Source: Chloropicon primus
Taxonomy: Eukaryota
DNA: 64,000 nt
Assembly (NCBI GenBank): GCA_023205875.1
Contig: CP060756.1
Location: 124,001-188,000 of the forward strand
Direction: 5' to 3'
Positions within the stretch are counted from its first letter, which is position 1. Every line of letters begins with the position of its first letter. This document shows positions 7,023 through 19,400 of this stretch, piece after piece. A program made the position numbers and the translations under genes. Under the pieces are notes generated by a model. The model saw nothing but the letters and a program-made list of their open reading frames with translations, made no database searches and was not told the origin of the DNA.

Positions 7023-9908
7023 ATGGGGGCAGCGGGGTCTAAGCTCTCGGAGGGCGAGGGGGGCCAAGGGGTCTGGGAGGTCGTGGGTGCAGTGCAGCCG
7101 ACAGCGTCGAGACCCGAGTACATCTCGGACAGACTCCTGGCGTTCGCTTACGAGGACGTCCGACTCGGGGTGCCCAGCCTCGAGCGCGTGCTCACTTCCG
7201 GTAACGTGCAGTCCGCGAGCGATGGTTACGTGGACTGCCTCACTCACGCAGCGCAGTTTCTGCAGGAGCACCACAGCGGCTCGTACATGATGGTGAACCT
7301 CGGGGGGCTACTTCTCGAGCCCAAGCTCTACAGCCTCTTCGGAAATAGCTGTGTCGAGTTCGTGGTTCCCTGGAACGTCCCCATCGGCTGCGGTGTCGCT
7401 CCGATGGACATCCTGTTCGCGGCGTGCAGCTCGATACATAACTGGCTGAGCATGGATGACGACCACGTCGCGGTCCTTCACACGAGGACGGCTCCCGGGG
7501 GGCACGCGGAAAATTTTTTGCGCTTCGTGGCTGCCTGTTTTTTGACTTATTCGCTTGACTTCGACCACGTGTCGGAGGCCCTGGACGTCGTGATGCCGGA
7601 CAAGGCCAGGACGAACAGCCAGCAGGAGATGAGGAGGGGGTCCCTCGGGAGCATTGTCAGGTCTCCGCTCTCGATTACGATGAACTCCCCCCTGAAGAAG
7701 AAGTGGCTGAAGAACAAGAACGTTGAGGATGACAAGTCGCTGAAGGAGAGGCCAAGCGCCTCCCAAAGGCGTTACGGCCAATACTTTATGAACGTCCTCC
7801 ACTCGCCCGTGCTGCCCTCGTGGCAGAGGACCCCGGTGATGCTGAAGAGGGTCGTCCTCAGCTTCGAGCCCTTTGGCGGGGCCTGCGGAGCCGAGCACTT
7901 TTCTGTGGGGAGCCACTCCACTTCCGGGATGGGGGGCGAGCCGGTGCTGGTGGTGCACAGGAGGGGTCAAGAGATCTGGGCCGGCGTCGCGGACACTGGG
8001 GACATCATGTCGAAGAGGGACCTCGTGGGCTTCGAGCCCGACCTCCTCGTTGTGGGTGACATCGTCTTATCGCTCTGGGCCGGAGATAGGCAGAGGCAGC
8101 ACGAGATGCCGATTTTGAGCGTACCGCTGAACACCGCGTTCGTGGACAGGAGCATCATGCGATTGACGGGTCGCCAGGTTGAGCAGAGCGTGAACTTTCC
8201 TCTGCCGGATGACTTCTTCATCGACATCACCTTCGACGAAGTGAACAAGGAGGCTCTTGAGAGACACTCCTCCCTGCCTCAGGACGCTCTGATGACCATG
8301 GATGAGGCCAGGCACGGCTGGAAGAGTGTTCTGGCGGCCACCAGTGGGATGTCTGTGAACGACTTTTATGCGTACGACGATGTCGTCCACGAGATGCAAG
8401 CGAGGCATGCCTTGAGCCAGGGCAACAGTGAAGCCGGGGACAGGGCAGACTCAAACCTGCGCGAGGCGTTGAAGGCCGTTCAGACGGGGATGACGGTAAT
8501 GAACACGTCTCCTGGTAAGAGGCACGCCGAGGACGATGCAGAGTCCCCTCGCCTTGCGAGGCGGAGGTCGAGTCTGGACGAGGAAACGACCGTTTTAGTG
8601 CAGCAGGCTGAGACACGGGCGCCTCCAGACCCGCCCGTGCCTCCGCCTCCCCCAGCTGGAGGATCGATGCCCCCGCCTCCCCCTCCGCCGCCGCCTGGAG
8701 GGTCTGGCATCCCCCCACCCCCTCCGCCACCAGGGGTGCCCGGGGCCCCGCCCCCTCCGCCGCCGCCTGGGGGTATTCCAGGCAGGGCAAGGAAGGCGTA
8801 CACTGGGCCGAAGCTGCGGTCGTGGTACTGGCAGACGGTGAATAACACTCAGGGTACGATATGGCATTCCGTGAACCAGAATCCTTTGATCGCAGGAAAG
8901 GAGGCAGATTCCGTGAGGAGCGAGTTGATTAAATTGTTCCCGGCAAAGGCATCCGGCAAGCAGATGAAGATGGGTGGGGCCAAATCCAAGTCCGCATCTG
9001 TCGTGAAGTACATCTCCCTCGCGAGAGCGAACAACATCTCGATCATGCTCACGCAATTCAGGGGACACCACATCGATTTGAAGACTTCCATTATGACTGG
9101 CCAAGATTTCTCCTTGGAGCAGCTCGGCGTGCTGCTGCAGCTCATTCCCACGGATGACGAGCTGAGAATCATGAAGAGCATCCCAAAGAACGAGTTGGCC
9201 GATCTATCGGAGCCTGAGAGCTTCCTTGCGATGCTCTCAGAGATTCCTCGGCTGCGAAGCAAGATCCAGTGCAGGGTTTTCATGAGACAATTCGACAGCT
9301 GGGTTCAAGAGTTTCAGGATGGTCTGGACGCCAACCTCAAGGCTTGCAATGCGATCAGGAGCTCCAAGAACCTCAAAACGGTGTTGGGAGTCTCCTTGGA
9401 GGTGGGAAACTTGCTGCATGTAGGAACGAGCAGGCAAGGGGCAAAGGGCGTCCGACTGGAGTCCATGCTGAAAATGCGAGACTTGAGGGTGACCAAGAGT
9501 GCCGGGGACAGTGGGAAGGCCAGGAATCTCCTCGACTTTGTCATCCAAGAGGTCGCCAAGGTGAGGGGAGGAAAAGAGCCCCTCCGCGAATCCCTTCAAG
9601 CCGTTTCAAAGGCTTGCAATTACGCCCAAAGCGACCTTTTGGCGTTGATGAATCAGCTGGAAGCCGGACTGACGCTTGTGAGCGAGGAGTTGAAGCAAAG
9701 CAAGGATGAGTTAGGATGGCTTGAGAGCTTCCAAGCCAAAGCAAGAGAGGTCAAAAGCGGTTGCGAGCACCAGGCGGAGAAGGTGCTGCAAGAGGCTGGC
9801 CAGATTGTGACCTACATGGGGGAAGCCCGAAACGTGTCGTCCGAGGAGGTTTTCAGATTGCTCTGGAATTTTGTCCTGCAGTACGACCAAACTCTGAGAA
9901 GGATGTAA
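7023..9908 (+). CDS. Class II formin (PTEN-like N-terminus, FH1, FH2)
   Basis: PTEN-like YISDRLLAF...SQRRYGQYF; polyproline FH1 at ~8620-8770; FH2 RANNISIML, LEVGNLL...GAKGVRLESMLK. Confidence 0.9.
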   Translation: MGAAGSKLSEGEGGQGVWEVVGAVQPTASRPEYISDRLLAFAYEDVRLGVPSLERVLTSGNVQSASDGYVDCLTHAAQFLQEHHSGSYMMVNLGGLLLEPKLYSLFGNSCVEFVVPWNVPIGCGVAPMDILFAACSSIHNWLSMDDDHVAVLHTRTAPGGHAENFLRFVAACFLTYSLDFDHVSEALDVVMPDKARTNSQQEMRRGSLGSIVRSPLSITMNSPLKKKWLKNKNVEDDKSLKERPSASQRRYGQYFMNVLHSPVLPSWQRTPVMLKRVVLSFEPFGGACGAEHFSVGSHSTSGMGGEPVLVVHRRGQEIWAGVADTGDIMSKRDLVGFEPDLLVVGDIVLSLWAGDRQRQHEMPILSVPLNTAFVDRSIMRLTGRQVEQSVNFPLPDDFFIDITFDEVNKEALERHSSLPQDALMTMDEARHGWKSVLAATSGMSVNDFYAYDDVVHEMQARHALSQGNSEAGDRADSNLREALKAVQTGMTVMNTSPGKRHAEDDAESPRLARRRSSLDEETTVLVQQAETRAPPDPPVPPPPPAGGSMPPPPPPPPPGGSGIPPPPPPPGVPGAPPPPPPPGGIPGRARKAYTGPKLRSWYWQTVNNTQGTIWHSVNQNPLIAGKEADSVRSELIKLFPAKASGKQMKMGGAKSKSASVVKYISLARANNISIMLTQFRGHHIDLKTSIMTGQDFSLEQLGVLLQLIPTDDELRIMKSIPKNELADLSEPESFLAMLSEIPRLRSKIQCRVFMRQFDSWVQEFQDGLDANLKACNAIRSSKNLKTVLGVSLEVGNLLHVGTSRQGAKGVRLESMLKMRDLRVTKSAGDSGKARNLLDFVIQEVAKVRGGKEPLRESLQAVSKACNYAQSDLLALMNQLEAGLTLVSEELKQSKDELGWLESFQAKAREVKSGCEHQAEKVLQEAGQIVTYMGEARNVSSEEVFRLLWNFVLQYDQTLRRM

Positions 9909-10019
9909 AATAAGGACTTTTCCCTTTACATTAGTAGTGTATAAAATTTGTGTACAAGTGGTTGTTTCATGATTCTACTTCTACACCCCCAACCCACCCA
10001 ACTTGATGATGAGGTCAGG

Positions 10020-12575
10020 TCACCTGCTGCTTGAGTGCTTGTACGGCGACTTGGTCGCGGAATGCGCAAGAAACACCTTGACATCAAGCTTGTGAGAGAG
10101 TGCTTCGTCAAAGTGGGTTTTGAGCTCCTTCAACAGATCCAGGGCCTGGTGGTAGTCCATCTTCGTATTCAGCTTGTCCTCAAACGTCTCGTCCGCCTCC
10201 GCTGGGTCGCCTCGCACTGATTCCACTGATTCCAGGTTCTGCACGCGGTTGGAAAGCTTCGAGATTTCAGTGATGCAGATTTCATCGAAGTTTGCCATCT
10301 TCAAAACGGTTCTGTGAAACGACATCAACTTCTCCTCGACTTCCTCGCTCGCCTTGTTCCCCGGGAGCTTCTCGCCCAGGAAATCCACGAGGCTCTCTAA
10401 ACGGTCTTCGATTGCCGCGGCTGCCTTCAACCCGGCCTTGCTGTCTTCCACGTACCCATCGATTTGGCGTGCGAGTTCTCCGTACTGCCGAGTCATGGAA
10501 TCCTTCCAAGACGCCATTTCCGACTCGACAGCCACCGCACTGCCTTGTGAGAGAGCGCTCTCCTTGACGGATTCAAACTTTTCTTCAAGCCGGAAGAGTC
10601 TGGCGGCCAATTCCCTGTGACTCTCCGAATGGCTCGCGATGTCGTTCTGGAGCTCCTGCAGCAGGTCCAGGAGGCCCTCGTACCTTCCGTCATCTTGGAG
10701 CCGAGCGCCCGGGCTCACAACGTTACTGTTGGGAAGCCCCTTTGTGATTTTGATGCTCTCCTTGGTCACTTGTATGCTCTCCTTGAGCTGGTCAGCAATC
10801 TCTTTCCACCTCGATTCGATGTACTCCCTCAAAACCTTCACTTCGCCTGATATGAAGGACTTTCCCTGCGACTTGCTGAGAGTTTTCTTTGACAAGCTAT
10901 CGATGTTTTCCTTGTACTTGTCGTCGAGCTTGGAGAGTTCGGCAGAGACGCTCTGGATCAGCTCGGACTGCTTCGTTGCTTGGTCCGACAGCCTCTTGAT
11001 CTTCTCGGTCATGACCTTTGCGTTCCACTTCTTGTTTGATTCCAGGCTCGACTTGATGTCCTCGAGCTTTGATTCCAGGGATCGTATCTTTGACACCGCT
11101 TCCCCAAAGCTCATCTCTCTCACTCCGGGCCGGTCCGAAGCCTGTTTTCTCATGTTGGAGACTTCCGTCTTGCACTGCCTGAGCTTTGCCTTGCAGTCTG
11201 CGGAGAGGTCGTCCATCTTCGAAACCACGGCTTTGTTCGTCTCCATGTTCCTCGTGACTTGACCCGAGAGCGTCCTAATCTTTTCGCTCGTCAGCTTTCT
11301 GAACCTGTCCTCGGAGAGCGCAGCCTTTTTCCTAGCTGATTCTTGGTCCTTCTTCAGGGCCTCCATCCTCTCTTCCATCTTTGCCATCTTCTGGGCCAGG
11401 GCCTTGGCCGATGTGGGTTTCTTCAGCATAGCGTGGGTATCCTCGACTTGGGAGGCCAGGCCATCAAGCCTCGAGTTGATGTCTTTCACCTGAAGCTTCA
11501 ATATTTTGCCCTCCTCTTCTGCGCCGTCTGCTTCGTTGTCGTACAAGTTCATGCTGTTGGCTCGGGACGGGCTGGAAGAGACGGGCGTCGTTGTCTCCAC
11601 CCTCAGAATTCGCTCCTGGTGATCCAAGAGAGCTTTCTCGGACGCCCTGGCCTTCTCCTCAACCTCAGCGGTCCTCTCCTGCTGCCTGTCCAGAAGCTCC
11701 AGCACGGACTTCATCTTGTCGTGCAGGGAGTTCGTGGAGTGAATGAGGGAGCCTTCGCCCCCCTTGCTGCTGCCAGCCGAGACACTCGATCGAAGCCTTC
11801 GGCTTATCTCCTCCGCGGAACTCTTCTTCCCCTCTTTGTCCTTCTTGCTCTTGGAAGGTGAAACCACGACGCTGACTTTGGCCGATTTCGAAGGCGTACC
11901 GCTCTGCTTGCCGTACAGCTTCTCCACGAGAAAGTCCAAGTCTCCCCTCAGCAGGTTGAGGGACTTGACCATGTGCTCGTAATCCGCGCAGATGCTCTCG
12001 CTGATGGACTCGGTCGTCGAGGAGGCCACGGAGAGAACCTCTGCTGCCATCTTGGCAATCTCCGCCCGGCTCGCATCGCTGCAAGTCCTCTCGAGGCTCG
12101 CTTGCTTCTCGTGGTACCTCTTCAGGGCCAGCTTCGTCTTCCTCTTGTGCTCCTCGAGCATGCTGACGTCCACCAAGTTCGGAGCTTGAGCCTCCAGCGC
12201 CTCCAGCCTCTGGAAGATCCTGTCGTGCACTTTGCTCACAGACATGGGAGCCTCCTCCACCACCGCCGCCTCCATTTCATAGTCCCTTGGCACCACCGCC
12301 AGCCGATCCTCGATGCTTCTTACCTTGTCCTGGACGGAAGTCTTCTGAGGGTTTCTGCCCCCTCCCTTCGTGACCCCGAAACCGTTCCCCTCCCCACTCC
12401 CCTCGTTCCTGCTCGCCACAAGCTCGTTGATGACTTTGTTCTGGTTTCGCACCTGGACCACGAGCTCGGATATCACGCACGTTATGCTCGGGTGGAGCAT
12501 GGTGTTGTCCCACACCTTCTTCTCCTCCGGCCCGAACGCCTCCAGCACCTCCGACAACTCCACCGGTACCAACAT
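10020..12575 (-). CDS. Long coiled-coil protein, function unknown
   Basis: 850-aa ORF rich in E/K/L heptads with host-like codon use; first ATG at 12575. Confidence 0.7.
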   Translation of the reverse strand: MLVPVELSEVLEAFGPEEKKVWDNTMLHPSITCVISELVVQVRNQNKVINELVASRNEGSGEGNGFGVTKGGGRNPQKTSVQDKVRSIEDRLAVVPRDYEMEAAVVEEAPMSVSKVHDRIFQRLEALEAQAPNLVDVSMLEEHKRKTKLALKRYHEKQASLERTCSDASRAEIAKMAAEVLSVASSTTESISESICADYEHMVKSLNLLRGDLDFLVEKLYGKQSGTPSKSAKVSVVVSPSKSKKDKEGKKSSAEEISRRLRSSVSAGSSKGGEGSLIHSTNSLHDKMKSVLELLDRQQERTAEVEEKARASEKALLDHQERILRVETTTPVSSSPSRANSMNLYDNEADGAEEEGKILKLQVKDINSRLDGLASQVEDTHAMLKKPTSAKALAQKMAKMEERMEALKKDQESARKKAALSEDRFRKLTSEKIRTLSGQVTRNMETNKAVVSKMDDLSADCKAKLRQCKTEVSNMRKQASDRPGVREMSFGEAVSKIRSLESKLEDIKSSLESNKKWNAKVMTEKIKRLSDQATKQSELIQSVSAELSKLDDKYKENIDSLSKKTLSKSQGKSFISGEVKVLREYIESRWKEIADQLKESIQVTKESIKITKGLPNSNVVSPGARLQDDGRYEGLLDLLQELQNDIASHSESHRELAARLFRLEEKFESVKESALSQGSAVAVESEMASWKDSMTRQYGELARQIDGYVEDSKAGLKAAAAIEDRLESLVDFLGEKLPGNKASEEVEEKLMSFHRTVLKMANFDEICITEISKLSNRVQNLESVESVRGDPAEADETFEDKLNTKMDYHQALDLLKELKTHFDEALSHKLDVKVFLAHSATKSPYKHSSSR

Positions 12576-12935
12576 GGCTCCCTCCTCTTCCCAAAGCAAA
12601 ACGAGGCCAAGTCAAGGTCAGTCCCTCCTTCGCGACTTCCTCAATTTGGGGCCAAATTCCACAAACGAGGGCTTGAACGAAAGATCACACGACAAGCCTT
12701 CCTCCTGCGGTTCCCCTCACGGCCCTTCCCTCGTCCCCGTCTCCCCTCCCCTCACCTTTGTCCCTCGTTCGCCCCCTCCCGGTCCCCTTTTGTCCGGTTT
12801 CCCGCGTTTTTCCCAGAAATCGTAATTCCCTAAATAAGGGAAGACAGAGAAGACAGACAGAGAGAGAGAGAGAGAGAGAGAGGCGAGGCAGAGGGAGCCT
12901 TGGCGCCAAGGAGTCATCCTACTGCACGAGAACGT

Positions 12936-15900
12936 ATGACGGGGATGGAAGGACTCCGGCTTTGGGTCCTAGCCGTGGTCGTGCTGACGGGTGAGTGGAC
13001 GGAGGGCAAGGAAGGGTGTTTGGGGGGAAGGTGTTTAGTCGCTTTCGACGGAAAGGCCTCGCGACTAACTTTGTTTGTATGTGTTTCTGTGTGTCGTCTT
13101 TTGTTTCGCACCCGCGACAAGCAGGAGTTCTCGCCGCGGCGGACACGAGCTTCGACTACGTGAAGCCCTGCGCCGGGAACGAGTTCTTTGATATCCTGGG
13201 TCTCGAGTGCCTTGCCTGCCCGGAGAACTCGGCAGTATCTTCGGACGGGTACTCGTGCTCGTGCTCTCCGGGATACATCTTTCGACACAGCGCTCAAGTG
13301 AGCACGAACTACCTGAACGACCCTTTCACCACTTCCACTTGCGTGAGCTGCGCGGTGACTGGACAGGGGTCTTCTTCGACGGGGAAGTACTGCATCAACT
13401 GTCCTTCCTCGGAGGGGGTGCAGGCAGTGGGTGGCCAGTGCGAGTGCTTGGTGCCGGGCCTGGACGCCGTCGTGGAGTTCGACGAGCACGGGGAACCTCT
13501 GAGGGACGCCGTTACTGGCGAATATTATGCAAAGTGCGTGTCGTGCCCAGCAAACACCAGGCTGGTGGAAGGGAAGTGCGTTGGGTGCGACTATCCAAAG
13601 GTACTGAATGTGGGGACTGGGGTCTGTGCATGCCCCGCTGGCGGGGCGGGTGACCACTGCCTGGAGACGGACGAGAGCTCGATGATTTCCTTCCTGAGCT
13701 CTCAGCTGAGTCTGAGCATCCCGGTCTCTTCCATTTCCAGGGTGTCCTTCTACGAGACGGGGTCGTCGAGCGGCATCCCTCAAGCCAGGAACGTGGAGTC
13801 CCACGTGTTCAGGACGACCTTGATTCCAGCGGCCTTCTACTGCCTCAGCGAGGGCTACAGGGAGTCGTGCAACCAGCTGGCGAACCTGTGCGTCTTGACC
13901 ATGTACGACGACAGCCACTTGGCTTGCAAGCTCTACGACGCCATTTTGGACAAGAGGCAGGACACTCAGTACCACGAGGAGGACATCAAGCCCTCTGTTG
14001 GCTGGAAGGTCGGCCTCCCGTGGCTCTACTACCAGAGGACCCCGGCGCAGTACGCCGCCTTGACGGACTTGCAGCTGCAGGTGGGCTTCAAATCCACGGG
14101 GAGCGCGGCGAGTCAGCTGACTTACGTCGCGTCCGTGACCGGGCTGAATGGCACCTGGTACGGAATCCAGAATGTCACGGACCAGTTCATCATCTGCGGA
14201 ACCAGGCTGACGAGCGCGGGCGAGTGGACCAAGTTCGGGACGAACTTCGTGGCGAATTGCAACGTTGATTTGCCCTCTCTTTTGAAAAAGTTCAAGCTGA
14301 GCAAGCAGGTGACCGACGATGTCCTGTTCTACGACGTGTACCTTGTGGACCAGAACTACGAGTACTATCCCATCGGGGTCAAGCTCATGAATCTCGCTCG
14401 GAACGGGCAGCTGGTGAACAAGAACGCCAACGCAAATGGCTTGCAGGAGGTCCTCGTGCGAAGGTTTGTTGTCGTGGACTCTGTGAGCACCCTGAGATCA
14501 GCGTCCTCGGAAACTCAGTACCTCAATTATGCGTCTGAGGTGGGGTTCTCGATTGAGGTTCAGAGCGGCTCGAAGAAGAACCGGCTTTATCCACCGATGA
14601 TCACCGTTGAGATAGCGAGCGTGAACATGGAAATGCAGTCCTCCAGCAAGCTCAAGGCAAGCTTCTTGACGAGGTACACGATGAACTTGGGTGAGTTCTG
14701 GGACGCCTTCACGATCTTGCTGATCGTCGCCCTGATCGCGAGCTTCTTCGTGTGGGCCCAGTCCATTGTCGCGGTCCTGAGGAAGCGTCAAGACCTGCCG
14801 ATAGACATGAGTTTTTTCGCCTCGAGCATCACAACGTTGTCCCGCAATGTTGCGGTCCTCTTCTTCCTGGTCCTCTTCGCGGTTTCGATCTACTGGCTCC
14901 TCTTCTTCAAGTTCCAGAGCGAGGTGTACGCCATCTTGGCCACTGACAGCAAGATGGCCACCTTCAACGGCGTGGTCGTGATCACTACGATCCTGACCAC
15001 CGTAGCAGTCCTCGAGCTCCTGTGGAACCAGACTCACTACGACGTGTTTTTCATCGACTGGGAGAAGCCGTGGAGAATTCTGAGCCCGGGGGAGGAGAAG
15101 GAGACCGAAGCGCCCGTGAGCGCCTGGAGGACCCTCTTCGTGGGGAACGAGTGGAACAGACTGCAGACGAAGAGGATCGCTAGCTTTGAGCTCACCATCA
15201 TCGTCACCGTGCTGATCATGGTCGGGTTCCGGGTGGAGAGGCTGGCTCAGATCACGCCGGACCAGAGCGACCTGGATGCCCACAGTTACAACGAGGTCTC
15301 CACGATCTTGCGGTTCTCCCTCGTCTCGCTGTGCTTCATCGGGCTCACCACCGTCCAGGTGGCTTACAAGATCCTCTTCCACCACAGGTACATCGAGCAC
15401 CCCCTGGAGCAGTTCGTGGACTTGTGCTTCCTGGCCAAGATCTCGTGCATCTTCCTGGACGGGCCCTATAACGGCTACTACATTCACGGCAGGAACAAGA
15501 TGGCTCATGCGGACACGAGCCTTTCCGAGCTCAACAAGCAGTTCTTGAAGGAGGAGGAAGGAAGCGTGTCCTCGAGGGGCCTCGTCTCCCAATCGTCCAG
15601 GAAGGACGTGAACGAGAACCAGTCGTTCGAGATCTTCATTCCCAAGAAGATGAGGAACACTTACGACCAGAAGCTGCTGAGGAAGCTGCAGGCGGCCGCC
15701 TTGGAGCAGAGGGAGATGACGAGGATGGGCGTCCTGGGGAACCTCTCCTCGAGGCCGATCGGCCAGACGGAGAAGACCGTCAAGGCCCAAAAGGACCTCG
15801 CGACGGAGTTCACGAAGATGATTGCGGACGTGGAGAGCAACATCTCCAAGCAGGTGAGGGAGCAGATCACCATGCAGAAGCTGATGGGGATCGCCCCAGA

Positions 15901-16168
15901 CATCGACGTCGTGACCCAGGAGTCCAAGGCCATGCTCTTCCACGATTTCTCCAACACTTTCGGCAGGCTGACCTTCTACAAGCAAGAGTACCTGCTGATC
16001 ATCTGGAACCTCCTCGTGTTCGCGAGCATCGACGCCTCGGTCAAGAACACGGCCGTCTCCGCCGCCCTTTCCTGGATTCTTTACGGCGTTCTCATGTTCT
16101 GGAGAAAGAGCTACGGGTCCAACAACATCTCTCAGAAAAGCCTCATCGACTCCAGGTTCCTCGTTTGA
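12936..16168 (+). CDS. TMEM67: Meckelin (ciliary transition-zone protein); intron 12991-13124
   Basis: Signal-peptide exon spliced in frame; Cys-rich ectodomain; CNQLANLCVL; FFIDWEKP; SAWRTLFVGNEWNRLQ; GYYIHGR; C-terminal IDSRFLV. Confidence 0.92.
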
Positions 16169-16475
16169 TCGTATTGTTGAAGAGACATCTTTGTAATCTA
16201 ATTTCTGTCCGTTAATAAAAGTAATCATCCTTCTACGCTTTTCCTGTCTGAGTTCTCCACCTCCCACAAACGCACCGGGCACCCTTCTCGCCCATCATGA
16301 GTAGGAGAAGGCAACCCATGATGAAGCCGGAGCAGCCTCCCCTCCTCTCCCTCCTCCCATCTCCCTCCCTCCTCCCGTCCCTTCCCTTCCTCGCTCGCGA
16401 TTTTTCCCTCGGGTTCATCATCCTCTTCGCCTGGCGCGCGCCCTTGCTGCTGCTGCGGTCCTCGGGAAAGCAATC

Positions 16476-19400
16476 ATGGAGTCGTGCCTCGGGACGCTAG
16501 AGGGTCTCGCGAAAGGGGCGCCCTTGTCGAAGAAAGGGGCTTCTCTCGACCTGCCCCTTCAGGAGTCGCTATGGGACGCGGTGGCCGCGGCGAAGGAGAG
16601 GGCTGCCGGGGCGGAAAAGGAAGAGATCCAACAAAGCCAGAGGAAGCTCGAAGAGGTCTGCCTCAGCTTCATTAGGGTCGGGTGCGGGGCGCCGATCGCA
16701 TCGGCGACTGCCGAGCTCCTCATTCACCTCTACAACAGGGGCGACAACATCGCTCTGTATTCCTGCGTGGGTAAACTGCAAGACTTTTTGAATGGCAAGG
16801 AGGCGAGGAATATCTCCGATGCGGGGAGGGCGAGTATAATGCGTTGCCTCGGGCGACTCGTGGACGCCTTTGGGACCCAGCTCGGTTCCGGGTTTCAAGA
16901 GAGCCTGACGATAGCGCAGAAGATGTACAAGAGCCAGAGCAGCGTGGTGAGGGGGGAGGCCCTGCTGATGTTATCGAGTTATGTAGCCGTGTGCACCAGA
17001 GATAGGTTTGCTTGCCAGGCCCAGGAGGCCTCCCTGAAGCTCGCCGAGAGGGGCTCCAGGGACAAGACGGAGAACGTCAGGGTGGCCGCCTCTAGGCTTC
17101 TCGCGTCCGTTGGCTTCGCCGGAGGGCAGGGGCTGTATACGAACGGGACGGCCGGCTTCGACGAGGCGGTTCGCGTCTGCTTGAGGGGAATCGAGGACCC
17201 GTCCAACAAGGTCGCCACGGCTTTCTCGGACGCGCTGGGTCAGATCACCTCCTGCACCGCGAGCACGTCTGCCGCGAATGCGATGAAATCGTGCAAGGAG
17301 GCGAAGAAACCCCAACTGAAGCAAGTGCTGGATAACCCGAGCCAGATCCTATGCATGTCCTTCGTGAAGTCCGTGTCGGAGGGCAGGGGCAGAAGCTGCA
17401 TTTGCATCACGCTGGCGCTGAGAAAGTGCTTCCAGGACATGAAATCGCTTTACCATTGCGGGGACGAAAAGTTGTGCTTCATCGTGGTCCAGTCCCTGGA
17501 GATGCTGAACGGGCTGGGCAAGGTGAGTGCGAGCGTGGTGCCACTTGCCCAGGCCTGCCTGGTCTACTTCTTCCACTCTGGACCCCTTGAGCGTCTGGGC
17601 AACGTTTCCCACGTCTTCTTGCTGGGAAAGCTGATCAAACTCATGGAAAAGTACAAAGGCAAGGGGACGCTGCCGTTTCAGCTCGGCGTCCTTCAGTGCA
17701 GCAGGCTTCTGGTTCAAAAGCTGGGATCGGTGGAGGAGGAAGAGGCGGAGAGCCTCCTCAAGCTATTCTTGGTTCAGCTCAAGTCCAAATCCACCCACGT
17801 TCTGCAGCAGGCTGTGCTGGCAATATCGGCCCTGCTTTTCGCCTATCCCAAGATCTCGGAAAGCGTCATCTTGAGTTACCTCGAGAAGCTCACGAGTGCG
17901 AGCAGTGATCCGAAGGCCTCCCCCAGCGAGACCCTCGGGTGCGGGCTCGGGCTGGCGGCTGCCCTGTCCGTGGTCTCAAAATTGGAGCTAGGGATTCCAG
18001 AGAGGTTGATCCAGAGGTCGTACCAGTTCTGCGAGCTGGTCTGCAGGGCCGGGAGCAGCGCTCATGCGTCGAGGGCGGGGTACACCATCCTGACCTCGCT
18101 TCTGTCCATAGAAGATGCCCTTGACATTCCTCCAATGGACTTTCTGAAATTCTTTGACTTGCTCAAGGAGGACAAGAAGCTTGTGCACAAGAGATGGAAA
18201 AGCTACAAGCCCACGAGCCTCATGGAAGAGTTCTTGTGTCACAGCTCTGCCTTGCAGACGCTGGAGGGCTTTGCGAGGAACATGATGAAAGACGAGAGGA
18301 TGAATTCAGAGATCTTGCAGCACTTGTCGCAAATTCTCGTTCAATATCTATCCTTGCTCCTCGAAGCTCCAATTGGAGGAAAGCCGAGCGAGGAGTTCTC
18401 GAGCACTATCCAACAGTTGCAGCTGTCTCTGATCCAGGCATTCTCAGTTCTCCCAGCGCAAGCCAGTAGCTCGAAGTGCAAGCAGTCTTTCCTGAAGCTC
18501 TGCACGGTCTCTTTCCAGGTTTCCGATGTGAATGTACCGAGGTCCTCTTTGCTCAGGCACCTACTGAACGACACAGACTCATCCTTGGGGCCGTGGCATC
18601 ATGGTTACGATGAATTGGAGGACGAGCTGCAAGCGTACGAAGGAAGCTTGTACTCACCAAGCCTTGCCTTTGATAAGGAGGAAGTCCTGCAGAAAGTGTT
18701 TCATTATTCCCTGTCCACGGAGACTGCTCTCCTGGACGCATCGATTGGACTGGTTCGGAACCTTTTTGCCCACTTGAAGTGGAAAGAACAAAAGTACTTT
18801 CTAGAGTCAATCGTTCACTCGATGAAGTCCTCTTTGAATGTCGGAAGAAGTGAGAAGAAGAGGTACCACCGGGATACAATCTTCACGAACAGTGCATGCG
18901 CCTTGCTGGGATTAGTGGGTGAGCTTGGGAAGTGCAGATTCAAGAAAGAGAACAAGGCCGCGGTAGTTAATCTTCTTCTGCCCTGTGCAAAGATCCTGCT
19001 TGAGGAGGGTATTTCTGAGAGGGAGTACGTCAGGGCAAGCGCAGAGATTGCTGCAGGTGTTTGCGATTTTGGTGGAGAGAACATCGCAAAGTCTATCGTG
19101 AAGTCTTTGTGCCAGGAATCCCTCAGCGGCTGCTCGGCTGAAAGTTTGAAGGGCTTGATACTGTGGCTTGGTGCGATTGGGCGCTCCCTCGGTGGAATCG
19201 CATTGACTGGCCTCCAAGACAGCATGATCAAGAAGTTGCAACAGATCGTTGGTTCTGGAATCGATGAGACAACTCAAATTTGGCTCCTGCACTCGTATTG
19301 GCTGATCGCGAACGCCTCAGGTCCTGCGTTTATTCCCTACGTCAAGCAGATGTTGACAATTGCCACGCAGATTAGCATACTCTCGACTTCACACGAGACT